From Psychroserpens sp. (GTDB taxonomy: Bacteria; Bacteroidota; Bacteroidia; Flavobacteriales; Flavobacteriaceae): a stretch of DNA of 64,000 nt. Every line of letters starts with the position of its first letter. The stretch's first letter is position 1. Made by a program: the position numbers and the translations under genes. The DNA is taken from the NCBI RefSeq assembly GCF_017643165.1, contig NZ_JAEPNY010000003.1. The stretch is one strand, 5' to 3'. The notes below the pieces were generated by a model, which had not been told where the DNA came from, ran no database searches, and was given only the letters and a program-made list of their open reading frames with translations. Positions 26,730 to 36,406 of the stretch are shown piece by piece.

Positions 26730-28919
26730 TTAGTTTTGAGTTGTTGTTAGTTCAGGCTCTTTCACTTTGATATCAGTACCTAAACGTTGTAAATAAGCTA
26801 TTATCGCTACGATCTCACGATTACGCATTTCTATAAAATCTTCACCACCTGCAGCTTTATCAGCTTCATAGGTTTTTGCAAAATCTGGATCTGTATATAG
26901 ATTTTTCTCGATCTGAGTACCTTGCGCAAGCATTGATTCTTGAGCGTTAGCAATGTCATCCTCAGAATATGGAACTCCTAGTGTTACCATCGCTCGCATT
27001 TTTGCCTCAGTCTGAGACTTATCAAGTTCATTTCTAACTAACCATTGATAAGCAGGCATTATGGAACCAGATGAGGTACTCTGTGGGTCATACATATGAT
27101 TTAAGTGCCAGTTATCGGAATACTTACCACCGACACGATGTAAGTCTGGACCTGTACGTTTACTACCCCAAAGGAATGGGTGATCGTATACATATTCACC
27201 AGCCTTAGAATATTCACCGTAGCGTTCGACTTCATTTCTAAACGGTCTAACCATTTGAGAGTGACAGCCAACACAGCCTTCTCTGATATATATATCTCGT
27301 CCTTCAAGTTCTAAAGGTGTGTAGGGTTGGACGCTTGTAATTGTTGGAATATTCGATTCAACAAGTAGAGTTGGAATAATTTGCACAACACCACCGATAA
27401 GGATCGCAATAGTTGCGAAAATGGTTAATTTGATCGGCTTACGCTCTAACCAAGTATGCCATCCTTCACCTGTTACTCGACGCTTAGATACACGCTTCAA
27501 TGGTGCAGCTTCAGCTAATTCGTCTGTTACGGCGCTACCATTTCTGATTGTGATGATCACGTTAACAATCATGATAATCATACCAGTTAAGAATAATGTA
27601 CCACCAATAGCACGCATCCAGTACATTGGAATAATTTCTGTAACAGTTTCTAAGAAGTTACCATACACTAATGTTCCATCTGGGTTAAATTGTTTCCACA
27701 TTGCCCATTGCGTAAATCCTGCAACATACATTGGGAGTGCATAGAAAATGATACCTAAGGTACCTATCCAGAAATGCAAATTGGCCATTGGCACCGAGTG
27801 TAGTTTCGTTTTAAATAATTTCGGAACCAGATAATAGATCATACCAAAGGTGAGGAATCCATTCCAAGCTAATGCTCCAACGTGAACGTGTGCAATAATC
27901 CAGTCTGTAAAGTGTGCCATGGCATTCATACTTTTTACCGAAAGCATTGGTCCTTCAAATGTGGCCATACCATAACCGGTAATCGCCACCACCATAAACT
28001 TTAAAACGGGGTCTGTACGAACTTTATCCCATGCACCTCGCAGTGTTAACAGTCCGTTAATCATACCACCCCAAGAAGGCATAATTAGCATTACAGAGAA
28101 TGTTACACCTAAATTTTGTGCCCATTCTGGTAAAGCTGTATATAATAAATGGTGAGGACCAGCCCAGATGTAAATGAAAATTAAAGACCAGAAGTGCACA
28201 ATAGAAAGCCTGTAGGAATACACAGGTCTATTAGCTGCTTTTGGTACAAAGTAATACATCAGTCCTAAAAATGGTGTTGTAAGGAAGAACGCCACGGCAT
28301 TATGTCCATACCACCATTGAACGAGTGCATCTTGAACACCAGCATAGACAGAGTAACTTTTCAGACCACTTACTGGGAGTTCTAAACTATTAAAAATATG
28401 AAGTACAGCAACAGTCACAAATGTCGCTATGTAGAACCAAATGGCTACATATAAATGACGTTGTCTACGTTTTAGGATCGTTGCGATTAAATTCCAACCG
28501 AATACAACCCATACCAGAGCAATGGCGATATCAATTGGCCACTCCAATTCTGCGTATTCTTTCGATGTTGTAATTCCGAGTGGAAGTGTAACGGCCGCGC
28601 TCACTATGATTAATTGCCATCCCCAGAAATTAATTTTACTCAAAGTATCACTCCACATACGCGTCTTGAGAAGTCGTTGCGACGAGTAATATACTCCAGC
28701 GAAAATGGCATTACCAACGAATGCAAAAATGACTGCATTGGTATGTAACGGTCGTAATCGACCGAAACTTAACCATGAAATACCGTCAGTGAGGTTAGGG
28801 AATAAAAACATGAATGCCAGGATGAGACCTACGAGCATTCCTACAACTCCCCAAAGCATGGTAGCGTAGAGGAAATTTTTAACGATTTTGTTATCGTAAT
28901 GAAACTGTTGAACTTCCAT
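26730..28919 (-). CDS. ccoNO: cbb3-type cytochrome c oxidase, fused subunits I and II (CcoN-CcoO)
   Basis: About 12 or more TM helices with haem-copper His motifs (HNAVAFF, GPHHL, AHVHVGA). The C-terminal CcoO part carries CVGCHSQMVRP. Confidence 0.93.
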   Translation of the reverse strand: MEVQQFHYDNKIVKNFLYATMLWGVVGMLVGLILAFMFLFPNLTDGISWLSFGRLRPLHTNAVIFAFVGNAIFAGVYYSSQRLLKTRMWSDTLSKINFWGWQLIIVSAAVTLPLGITTSKEYAELEWPIDIAIALVWVVFGWNLIATILKRRQRHLYVAIWFYIATFVTVAVLHIFNSLELPVSGLKSYSVYAGVQDALVQWWYGHNAVAFFLTTPFLGLMYYFVPKAANRPVYSYRLSIVHFWSLIFIYIWAGPHHLLYTALPEWAQNLGVTFSVMLIMPSWGGMINGLLTLRGAWDKVRTDPVLKFMVVAITGYGMATFEGPMLSVKSMNAMAHFTDWIIAHVHVGALAWNGFLTFGMIYYLVPKLFKTKLHSVPMANLHFWIGTLGIIFYALPMYVAGFTQWAMWKQFNPDGTLVYGNFLETVTEIIPMYWMRAIGGTLFLTGMIIMIVNVIITIRNGSAVTDELAEAAPLKRVSKRRVTGEGWHTWLERKPIKLTIFATIAILIGGVVQIIPTLLVESNIPTITSVQPYTPLELEGRDIYIREGCVGCHSQMVRPFRNEVERYGEYSKAGEYVYDHPFLWGSKRTGPDLHRVGGKYSDNWHLNHMYDPQSTSSGSIMPAYQWLVRNELDKSQTEAKMRAMVTLGVPYSEDDIANAQESMLAQGTQIEKNLYTDPDFAKTYEADKAAGGEDFIEMRNREIVAIIAYLQRLGTDIKVKEPELTTTQN

Positions 28920-28925
28920 AATAAT

Positions 28926-29114
28926 TTAATTAGACTTTTTGATTTTAATAGATGGTTTAGGCTGTTCTTTTACGAGTTCGTCCTCGAAAAGCATTCTAAC
29001 AGAAGGCGTATAGCTGTCATCAAATTGACCTCTTTTTACTGCTGTTATGAACGCAATAAAAAAGCCAATAGCAACAATTATACTGATGCACAATAAAATA
29101 TATATAACACTCAT
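28926..29114 (-). CDS. ccoS: cbb3 oxidase maturation protein CcoS
   Basis: 62 aa with an N-terminal TM, followed by VKRGQFDD, which is typical of CcoS/FixS. Confidence 0.85.
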   Translation of the reverse strand: MSVIYILLCISIIVAIGFFIAFITAVKRGQFDDSYTPSVRMLFEDELVKEQPKPSIKIKKSN

Positions 29115-29134
29115 ACCTATTAGAAGTTATGGTT

Positions 29135-29181
29135 CAAAAATACTTCTGAACTGATTCTTAAAACATGACTTATGTCATGTT
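29135..29181 (-). promoter_or_regulatory. Candidate Fnr-type box plus -7 element upstream of ccoS-ccoNOQP
   Basis: Palindrome AACATGAC-TTAT-GTCATGTT at 29162-29181 with 8-nt arms. Minus-strand TATTTTTG at 29142-29135. Spacing is 29.5 nt. Confidence 0.6.
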
Positions 29182-29194
29182 CATTTATTTTTAT

Positions 29195-31567
29195 TCATTC
29201 TAATCTTCTTCCTAATACATTTGTTGCAATTGTGGTGAAAATCACAATGCTGATTGAACTTAATGGCATTAGAATAGCTGCAATCACTGGTGCTAACTGT
29301 CCAGTTACCGCGAAATAGAGTCCGATGATATTGTATATAAATGACAATACGAAGCTCCATTTTATGATTGAAATAGCACTTCGTGAAGCGCTAATAAACT
29401 TGTCTAGTTGATTGAATTTTGAGGCGTCTAAAATGGCATCACATGCCGGAGAGAATACGTTGACGTTTTCGGAAATAGCTATACCTACGTTACTTTGCGC
29501 TAATGCTCCAGCATCATTTAATCCATCGCCAATCATTAAAACCTTAGCGCCTTCACCTTGATGATATTTAATATACTCCAGCTTATCATCTGGTTTCTGA
29601 TTGAATATTAGTTTCGTCTTTGCTGGCAATAGCTTTTTTAAATTTTCTTGCTCACCTTCATTATCACCGGATAAGACAACGAGATCATATTTTGATTTTA
29701 GGGTATTAAATAATTTTGAAAGTCCTTTACGATAACTATTATAAAAGGTGAATTTTCCTTTATACACATCATTAGTACTGACATGCACTGTTGTATTTAA
29801 AATGGTGTTTTCTTGTGCTCCGACAAAGCTTGCAGATCCGATTTTGATATGATCGTTATGATGTTTGGCTTCGATACCTTTTCCTAAATGTTCTTTAAAA
29901 TGTTCAAGAGGTATAATATTGTGTTCATCTAAGATGTCATAGAGCGTTCTACTAAGGGGGTGATTAGAACCTCGCAGCGTGTTTTTTAGAAGCGTTTCTT
30001 CAGAATTTGTCAATGGGATACCATCATAATTAGCACGACTCTTTTTGTTTGAAGTAATCGTGCCTGTTTTATCAAAAATGATCGTATTTATATGAGCGAG
30101 TTGTTCTAATGCAGACGCATTCTTGACATAAAATTTTAATTTTCCGAAGATGCGTAATAAATTACCAAAAGTGAATGGTGCAGATAACGCTATAGCACAT
30201 GGGCACGCAATAATAAGAACTGCTGTAAATACATTCATGGCCTTTGATGCATCAATTATGAGCCAATAGGTTGTTGCGATAAACGCAATGGCTAAAACAG
30301 CTATAGTAAATCGTTTACTAATGGCATTGGTCAAATTGGTGAAACCATCCTCTTTATTTTTATTAAAGACATCATTACTCCATAGCTGCGTGAGGTAACT
30401 TTGTTCAACAGATTTGAGTGCTTCCATTTCAATAACACCTGTTGTTTGTTTACCTCCAGCGAATAGTTTGTCTCCTGATTGTTTTCGCACCGATTCAGAT
30501 TCACCGGTTACAAAACTATAATCGATATGCGCATTTCCGTTTATTAGTATACCATCGACAGGGATCAACTCCTCATTACGTATTAATAAGCGGTCGCCTT
30601 TTTTTATATCATACACCTGAATAGGCGTTTCTTCTCCTGATTTCGATATTTTCGTGACTGCGATTGGAAAATAAGATTTGTAATCACGTTCAAAGGATAA
30701 AAATGAATACGTCTTCTGCTGAAAGAACTTTCCAACTAAAAGGAAAAATACTAATCCAGTTAGGCTATCGAAGAAACCAGATCCTAAATCGAACATGATC
30801 TCAACCGTACTCCTGATAAAGAGAACCGCAATACCTAAAGCGATCGGTACATCAATATTTAAAAGCCTGGATCGTAAGCCTTTATACGCTGAAATAAAGT
30901 AATCTCGTCCGGCATAAAAAACAACGGGTAGCGCATAACCAAACATAATCCATCTGAATAAATGCTTGTACTGCTCCAGCCAATATTCTCCAACCTCGAA
31001 ATACTCTGGAAATGACAAAAACATCACATTTCCGAAGGCAAAACCTGCTACACCTAGTTTATAAATAAGAGATCTATTAACTTTAGATGATCCTGTTTTA
31101 AAGTCGTCAAGTGATATATAAGGTTCATAACCAATTGAACTTAGTAAGAGCACTACGTCTTTTAAGCTCACATTTTCGGCGTTATACGTGACGCGTACTG
31201 TCTTCTTACCAAAGTTCACCATAGAAGCAGTGATGCTTTGATTCAGTTTATTAAGATTCTCTAAAATCCAGATACAAGAACTACAGTGAATGTGTGGAAT
31301 ATAAAGTGTCGCGATTTGTGTTTTACCATCGTTAAATTCGGTAAGTTTTTCAATGATGTTTTCTTCTGAAAGAAAATCGTATTTGCCTTGAATTTCCTTC
31401 GGAATGGCTCCAGGTGATGATTCTAAGTCATAGTAGCATGTAAGATCATTTTCTGAAAATATCTCATACACAGTTTTACAGCCATTACAACAGAAATGCT
31501 TTTCCTGGAATGTTATTTTGGTGGAATTACAGTCATCACCACAGTGGAAACAAGTTGTTTGTTCCAT
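29195..31567 (-). CDS. ccoI: Heavy-metal (copper) translocating P-type ATPase, CcoI/FixI type
   Basis: N-terminal CxxC pairs (CFHCGDDC, CCNGC). CPC motif (IIACPCAIALS). DKTGT and GDGLNDAGAL. ATG at 31567 (MEQTTCFHCG) is preferred over the ORF-track start at 31603. Confidence 0.9.
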   Translation of the reverse strand: MEQTTCFHCGDDCNSTKITFQEKHFCCNGCKTVYEIFSENDLTCYYDLESSPGAIPKEIQGKYDFLSEENIIEKLTEFNDGKTQIATLYIPHIHCSSCIWILENLNKLNQSITASMVNFGKKTVRVTYNAENVSLKDVVLLLSSIGYEPYISLDDFKTGSSKVNRSLIYKLGVAGFAFGNVMFLSFPEYFEVGEYWLEQYKHLFRWIMFGYALPVVFYAGRDYFISAYKGLRSRLLNIDVPIALGIAVLFIRSTVEIMFDLGSGFFDSLTGLVFFLLVGKFFQQKTYSFLSFERDYKSYFPIAVTKISKSGEETPIQVYDIKKGDRLLIRNEELIPVDGILINGNAHIDYSFVTGESESVRKQSGDKLFAGGKQTTGVIEMEALKSVEQSYLTQLWSNDVFNKNKEDGFTNLTNAISKRFTIAVLAIAFIATTYWLIIDASKAMNVFTAVLIIACPCAIALSAPFTFGNLLRIFGKLKFYVKNASALEQLAHINTIIFDKTGTITSNKKSRANYDGIPLTNSEETLLKNTLRGSNHPLSRTLYDILDEHNIIPLEHFKEHLGKGIEAKHHNDHIKIGSASFVGAQENTILNTTVHVSTNDVYKGKFTFYNSYRKGLSKLFNTLKSKYDLVVLSGDNEGEQENLKKLLPAKTKLIFNQKPDDKLEYIKYHQGEGAKVLMIGDGLNDAGALAQSNVGIAISENVNVFSPACDAILDASKFNQLDKFISASRSAISIIKWSFVLSFIYNIIGLYFAVTGQLAPVIAAILMPLSSISIVIFTTIATNVLGRRLE

Positions 31568-31593
31568 AGAAATTTGCTCATTAATACCTGTTA

Positions 31594-31638
31594 CAAAAGT
31601 CACAAAAGAACTGCGGGAAAAATATGATTTTTGTCATG
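31594..31638 (-). promoter_or_regulatory. Candidate Fnr-type box plus -7-like element upstream of ccoI, in the divergent region shared with the Crp/Fnr gene
   Basis: Minus-strand CATGAC-AAAA-ATCATA at 31638-31623. GACTTTTG at 31601-31594. Spacing is 29.5 nt. Confidence 0.5.
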
Positions 31639-31674
31639 TTTTAATTATCTTTACCCTTGACTAAAAAATTAGGT

Positions 31675-32352
31675 ATGAGTAGATGTGAACAATGCATCAT
31701 ACGCGAGTTTAACACCTTAAAAGCACTTACAAAAGAGGAGTTAATTCGCATCTCGGGATGTAAAACTTCCAAAACTGTTAAGAAAGGAGAAATCATTTTT
31801 GAAGAGGGCGATACCCTGAATGGCGTTTATTGTGTCAAAGACGGAATTTGTAAAATGTCGAAGTTAAGTGCCAATGGCAAAGATCAGATCGTCAAGCTGA
31901 TCGTTAAAGGAGATCTTATGGGTAAGAATTCCATTATTCGAGAAGAATCAGCCAACTTAACAGCTGTTGCTTTAAATGATATGGAAGTATGCTTCATACC
32001 TAAACAGGAGATTATGAATGATCTTAAGAAGAACCCGAATTTCTCCATGGAGGTGCTTAAAAAGATGACCAATGATCTAAAAACCTCAGAAAACATAATA
32101 GTGAATATGGCACAGAAGTCGGTTAAGCAACGATTAGCCGACCTTCTTATTTATATACATGACTCATTTGGAGTGGACGAGAACGGTTTCCTGAAAATTG
32201 TATTGTCACGTGAAGATTATGCGAATGTTGTAGGAACGGCTACAGAATCTGCGATTCGCATATTATCTCAGTTTAAGAAAGCTGGTTACATTTCAACAGA
32301 AGGTAAACAGATAAAAATTGAGCGTATTCAAAAACTCAAGCTCATAGAGTAA
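31675..32352 (+). CDS. Crp/Fnr family transcriptional regulator
   Basis: cNMP-binding-like beta-roll (GEIIFEEGDTLNGVYCVKDGICK) and a C-terminal HTH (REDYANVVGTATESAIRILSQF). The N-terminus MSRCEQC carries a CxxC pair. ATG at 31675 is preferred over the TTG at 31657. Confidence 0.85.
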   Translation: MSRCEQCIIREFNTLKALTKEELIRISGCKTSKTVKKGEIIFEEGDTLNGVYCVKDGICKMSKLSANGKDQIVKLIVKGDLMGKNSIIREESANLTAVALNDMEVCFIPKQEIMNDLKKNPNFSMEVLKKMTNDLKTSENIIVNMAQKSVKQRLADLLIYIHDSFGVDENGFLKIVLSREDYANVVGTATESAIRILSQFKKAGYISTEGKQIKIERIQKLKLIE

Positions 32353-32406
32353 TTTTATAATTCCTTTAGTATTTTTCAGTAGAAAATGCCTTAATTTTAT
32401 ACGGCA

Positions 32407-33534
32407 ATGAAACAGAAAAATAATTACAGGAAAGGATTCGTCTTCAAAAGCTACGAGGCGCCTAATCAATCACCATTTGAAAAACTCTTCGAGATCTTTA
32501 AAGAGCTCATTACGTATACATCTGGGGACTTTGATGAAGCCATAGATTGGCTACGGCAGTTAGATAAGGAATACGAACTAACCACTGCCGAATATACTAT
32601 AGATGATTTTATTGAAGACCTAAAAAAGAAAGGATATATCAAGGAAGAAATAGATCCTGATGGAAATGGTGGTCTATCAATAACCGCTAAAACAGAACGC
32701 GCGATACGTCAGCAAGCCTTAGATCATATTTTCGGAAAAATCAAACGCAGCGGACGTGGAAATCATAAAAGTAAAAGTCCGGGATTAGGCGATGAGCATA
32801 CAGGAGATTTTAGATCCTATCAATTTGGTGATGCTTTAGAGAAAGTGTCCGTTACCGAGAGTTTACGCAACGCTCAAATCAATCATGGTATTGGTAATTT
32901 TAATTTGACCGAAGATGATCTCGTGGTTGAAGAAACGATGCATAAATCTCAAATGAGTACCGTACTTATGATTGATATAAGTCACAGTATGATATTGTAT
33001 GGAGAAGACCGAATTACGCCTGCTAAAAAAGTGGCTTTGGCTTTGGCGGAGTTAATAACAACCCGTTATCCTAAAGATACTTTGGACATTTTAGTATTTG
33101 GGAACGATGCCTGGCAAATTCAGATTAAAGATTTACCGTATTTAAAAGTAGGACCTTATCATACCAATACAGTTGCTGGATTGCAATTGGCCATGGATTT
33201 ATTAAGACGCAAAAGAAATACGAACAAACAAATTTTCATGATTACAGATGGTAAACCTAGTTGCTTGCGTTTATCTGATGGACAGTATTATAAGGATAGT
33301 AATGGGTTGAATCCATATATTACGAATAAGTGCTATGCGATGGCACAGCAAGCCCGTAAATTGCATATTCCAATAACCACATTTATGATTGCGCAGGATC
33401 GCTATTTGATGCAGTTCGTTCAAGAATTCACACGCGCTAATCAAGGGAAAGCTTTTTACACAGGATTAAAAGGATTAGGAGAGATGATCTTCGAAGATTA
33501 TGAAACCAACAGGAAAAAAAGAATTAAAGGATAA
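32407..33534 (+). CDS. VWA (von Willebrand factor A) domain protein
   Basis: MIDAS motif DxSxS (MIDISHSM) with downstream MITDGKPS. The stop overlaps the next start by 1 nt. Confidence 0.8.
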   Translation: MKQKNNYRKGFVFKSYEAPNQSPFEKLFEIFKELITYTSGDFDEAIDWLRQLDKEYELTTAEYTIDDFIEDLKKKGYIKEEIDPDGNGGLSITAKTERAIRQQALDHIFGKIKRSGRGNHKSKSPGLGDEHTGDFRSYQFGDALEKVSVTESLRNAQINHGIGNFNLTEDDLVVEETMHKSQMSTVLMIDISHSMILYGEDRITPAKKVALALAELITTRYPKDTLDILVFGNDAWQIQIKDLPYLKVGPYHTNTVAGLQLAMDLLRRKRNTNKQIFMITDGKPSCLRLSDGQYYKDSNGLNPYITNKCYAMAQQARKLHIPITTFMIAQDRYLMQFVQEFTRANQGKAFYTGLKGLGEMIFEDYETNRKKRIKG

Positions 33535-35000
33535 TGAATATAGAAAAGATAAAAACTTTAGGTGAATTGAAGGCCACTGGCTATCATTCAAGATCAATTA
33601 AAGATGAACTTCGTGTCAATTTAATTGAGAATATCAGAAATGGACATAACACTTTTGAAGGTGTACATGGCTATGAAAACACTGTGATTCCTGAATTAGA
33701 ACGCGCTATTTTATCACGACATAATATCAACTTACTCGGTTTACGAGGTCAGGCCAAGACACGCTTGGCGAGACTTATGTTGAATCTTCTAGATGAATAT
33801 ATACCAGTAGTTGAAGGCTCTGAGATCAACGACGATCCTTTGGCGCCTATTTCTAGATATGCTGTACAATTGATTGAAGACAAAGGTGACGCTACTCCAA
33901 TATCATGGCTGCATCGTAGTGAACGATTTGCAGAAAAATTAGCAACACCAGATGTAACCGTAGCCGATATTATTGGTGATGTAGACCCAATCAAAGCTGC
34001 TAACCTGAAATTGAGTTATGCTGATGATCGTGTGATTCACTATGGGATGATTCCACGAGCGAATAGATGTATTTTCGTGATTAATGAACTTCCTGATTTA
34101 CAGGCAAGAATTCAAGTAGCCCTTTTTAATATCTTACAGGAAGGTGACATTCAAATACGTGGTTTTAAACTGCGATTACCATTAGATCTACAATTTATTT
34201 TTACGGCCAACCCTGAAGACTACACAAATCGTGGAAGTATCGTTACACCGTTAAAAGATCGAATAGGAAGTCAAATTTTAACCCACTATCCAACCGACAT
34301 TGAGACGGCAAGATTGATAACAGAGCAAGAAGCGCGAATATTAGAAGAACAAAATTCATCGGTTACTGTTCCTGATCTCGCGAAAGATCTATTGGAACAA
34401 ATTGTTTTCGAAGCCAGAGAAAGTGAACTGATTGATGCGAAGAGTGGAGTAAGTGCAAGACTAAGCATAACCGCGTTTGAAAATTTATTAAGTACTGCGG
34501 AACGACGCGCATTAAAAGTGGGCGATGATCAAACCTTATTGCGTTTAAGTGATTTTTTAGGAATTATTCCTGCAATTACGGGTAAAGTAGAGCTGGTTTA
34601 TGAAGGCGAACAAGAAGGCGCTGCAGTTGTTGCATATAATTTGATAGGTGAAGCAGTTAAAAGTTTATTTCCAGAGTTTTTCCCTAAAATTGAAAAGCTG
34701 AAGAAGGAAGATGATGATACACCTTACGATGATATCGTGTCTTGGTTCTTTAATCAGCAAGACGGATTTGAACTTATGGATGACTTAAGAGATAAGGAAT
34801 ATAAAGCAATACTTGATGCAATTTCACCTTTAGATGATTTACTAGGGGAATATCAACCGGGATTAAAGAAAGCGGAGAGTTATTTTGTTAAAGAATTTGT
34901 TTTATGGGCACTTGTCGAATATAAGCAACTGAGCAAATTTCGTTTTACTGAAGGTATTCAATTTAAAGACCCTTACGGTAGTTTTATAAGTGGAATATAA
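33534..35000 (+). CDS. AAA+ ATPase, Mg-chelatase (ChlI/BchI)-like
   Basis: ChlI-like layout: GYENTVIPELERAIL, the P-loop region LLGLRGQAKTRLAR and the Walker-B region CIFVINELPDL. It is coupled to the VWA gene. Confidence 0.7.
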   Translation: MNIEKIKTLGELKATGYHSRSIKDELRVNLIENIRNGHNTFEGVHGYENTVIPELERAILSRHNINLLGLRGQAKTRLARLMLNLLDEYIPVVEGSEINDDPLAPISRYAVQLIEDKGDATPISWLHRSERFAEKLATPDVTVADIIGDVDPIKAANLKLSYADDRVIHYGMIPRANRCIFVINELPDLQARIQVALFNILQEGDIQIRGFKLRLPLDLQFIFTANPEDYTNRGSIVTPLKDRIGSQILTHYPTDIETARLITEQEARILEEQNSSVTVPDLAKDLLEQIVFEARESELIDAKSGVSARLSITAFENLLSTAERRALKVGDDQTLLRLSDFLGIIPAITGKVELVYEGEQEGAAVVAYNLIGEAVKSLFPEFFPKIEKLKKEDDDTPYDDIVSWFFNQQDGFELMDDLRDKEYKAILDAISPLDDLLGEYQPGLKKAESYFVKEFVLWALVEYKQLSKFRFTEGIQFKDPYGSFISGI

Positions 35001-35002
35001 GC

Positions 35003-35584
35003 TTATTCCAATTGAAAAGGAATATTTGTTTCACCCTCTGTATTACTTAGCATCCAACGCGTTCCATAAACATCTTCATAAACTATTTTGAAAATAATAG
35101 GGGTAGAGGCCATGACTTGTTTAAATCGGTTAATATTGTCTTGGCCTGACACTTCGATTACGTTGATGAAATCATTTGCTGGTAGGACGAAACCTTTTAC
35201 GATAGTACTTTGAACGTAAGGCACAGACTCTAATATCTTCTTATTACGAAAAATATATTTAATTAAATCTTTTGAATTATTGAAGGTGTTGGTTGAATCT
35301 AACTTAAATTCTACTTCCTTAATAAAGGCTGGTCCTACACCTTTATTACCGATGATAATTTTAAATTCGTCATTGTAATCGCTAAACCATTGATTGAGGT
35401 GTGGAAGAACACTTGCGCTTTGTTGCATTTGATTGAGTTTATTCTCTTCTCGCGCTAGATAAGATTGATATAATAGAGCGATAAGAGAGATGACACTTAT
35501 AAAAAGTGCCGATGTACTCATAATCTTGTCGGTGGTCCAATTAACCTTCCATTTACGATTTGAATTTGTAGTTTTTTTAGACAT
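35003..35584 (-). CDS. Hypothetical single-pass membrane protein
   Basis: Long ORF with one TM (ALFISVISLIALLY). I recognise no motif. Confidence 0.45.
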   Translation of the reverse strand: MSKKTTNSNRKWKVNWTTDKIMSTSALFISVISLIALLYQSYLAREENKLNQMQQSASVLPHLNQWFSDYNDEFKIIIGNKGVGPAFIKEVEFKLDSTNTFNNSKDLIKYIFRNKKILESVPYVQSTIVKGFVLPANDFINVIEVSGQDNINRFKQVMASTPIIFKIVYEDVYGTRWMLSNTEGETNIPFQLE

Positions 35585-35608
35585 AAGTTTTAGTTGATTA
35601 TCGGTTGA

Positions 35609-36199
35609 TTAATCTCTGCTCTTTTTATTTAGTAAGCAAAATTCAATAATTTGATCTATACGATTTTGTCTGGTATTAGGACGTTTCGCTTGATGTAACC
35701 AATATAAATAACTTTTTCTGTAGGAGCGTGCAAAGCCATTATAGTTTGTAAATGCTTCAGGATGTTTATCAAAAGCAAGTTTTAGATCATCTGGTATAAT
35801 TCCATTTTCTACATCATCAAGAGCTGTCCAACTCCCGTTTGATTGTGCAACTTCAATAGACTTTAATCCACTTTCATGCATTAGATTATTATGTATTAAA
35901 TCTTTAATGTATGACTTATTTAAGGCACTCCAAACACTTTTGGCTTTGCGAGGACAAAAATATTGACGACGTTTGCCGTTACCTAAACTCTTTACTGTAG
36001 AATCGATCCACCCAAAACAAAGCGCCACTTTTACAGCTTCTTCCCAACGCATCGAAGCCTCTTTATTTTCTAGTTTATAAAAGATGAGATACACACCACT
36101 AGATGTGTTATAGTTTTGTTCGAGCCAAGAACGCCACTCATGATCTGTTTTGAAATATAATTCCATGTCTAAATCTAGTAAAACTTCATTTAATTTCAA
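35609..36199 (-). CDS. YdeI/OmpD-associated family protein
   Basis: EWRSWLEQN near the N-terminus and a C-terminal KSYLYWLHQAKRPNTRQNRI pattern fit this family. Confidence 0.6.
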   Translation of the reverse strand: MKLNEVLLDLDMELYFKTDHEWRSWLEQNYNTSSGVYLIFYKLENKEASMRWEEAVKVALCFGWIDSTVKSLGNGKRRQYFCPRKAKSVWSALNKSYIKDLIHNNLMHESGLKSIEVAQSNGSWTALDDVENGIIPDDLKLAFDKHPEAFTNYNGFARSYRKSYLYWLHQAKRPNTRQNRIDQIIEFCLLNKKSRD

Positions 36200-36385
36200 T
36201 ATTGCTTATAACTTATTGATTTATATGTTTTTAGCTATGAGTAATTTGATACCGTTTAACGATGAATTTTACTAAATTGTGATGATAAACGATTAAAAAT
36301 TATACTTTATCGAGTTTTCTTAGTTAACGTAATCTGTAGGTATACTTTTACAAGCGTTATTGATTATGGTGAAAACCGTATAGAT

Positions 36386-36406
36386 TTTGGCCCCAAGCCT
36401 ATGAAA
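36386..36406 (+). promoter_or_regulatory. Conserved 21-nt leader block, copy A (TTTGGCCCCAAGCCTATGAAA)
   Basis: Identical to 41681-41701. It is a GC-rich island in an AT-rich 439-nt intergenic region upstream of the 1590-aa T9SS gene. Confidence 0.55.
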
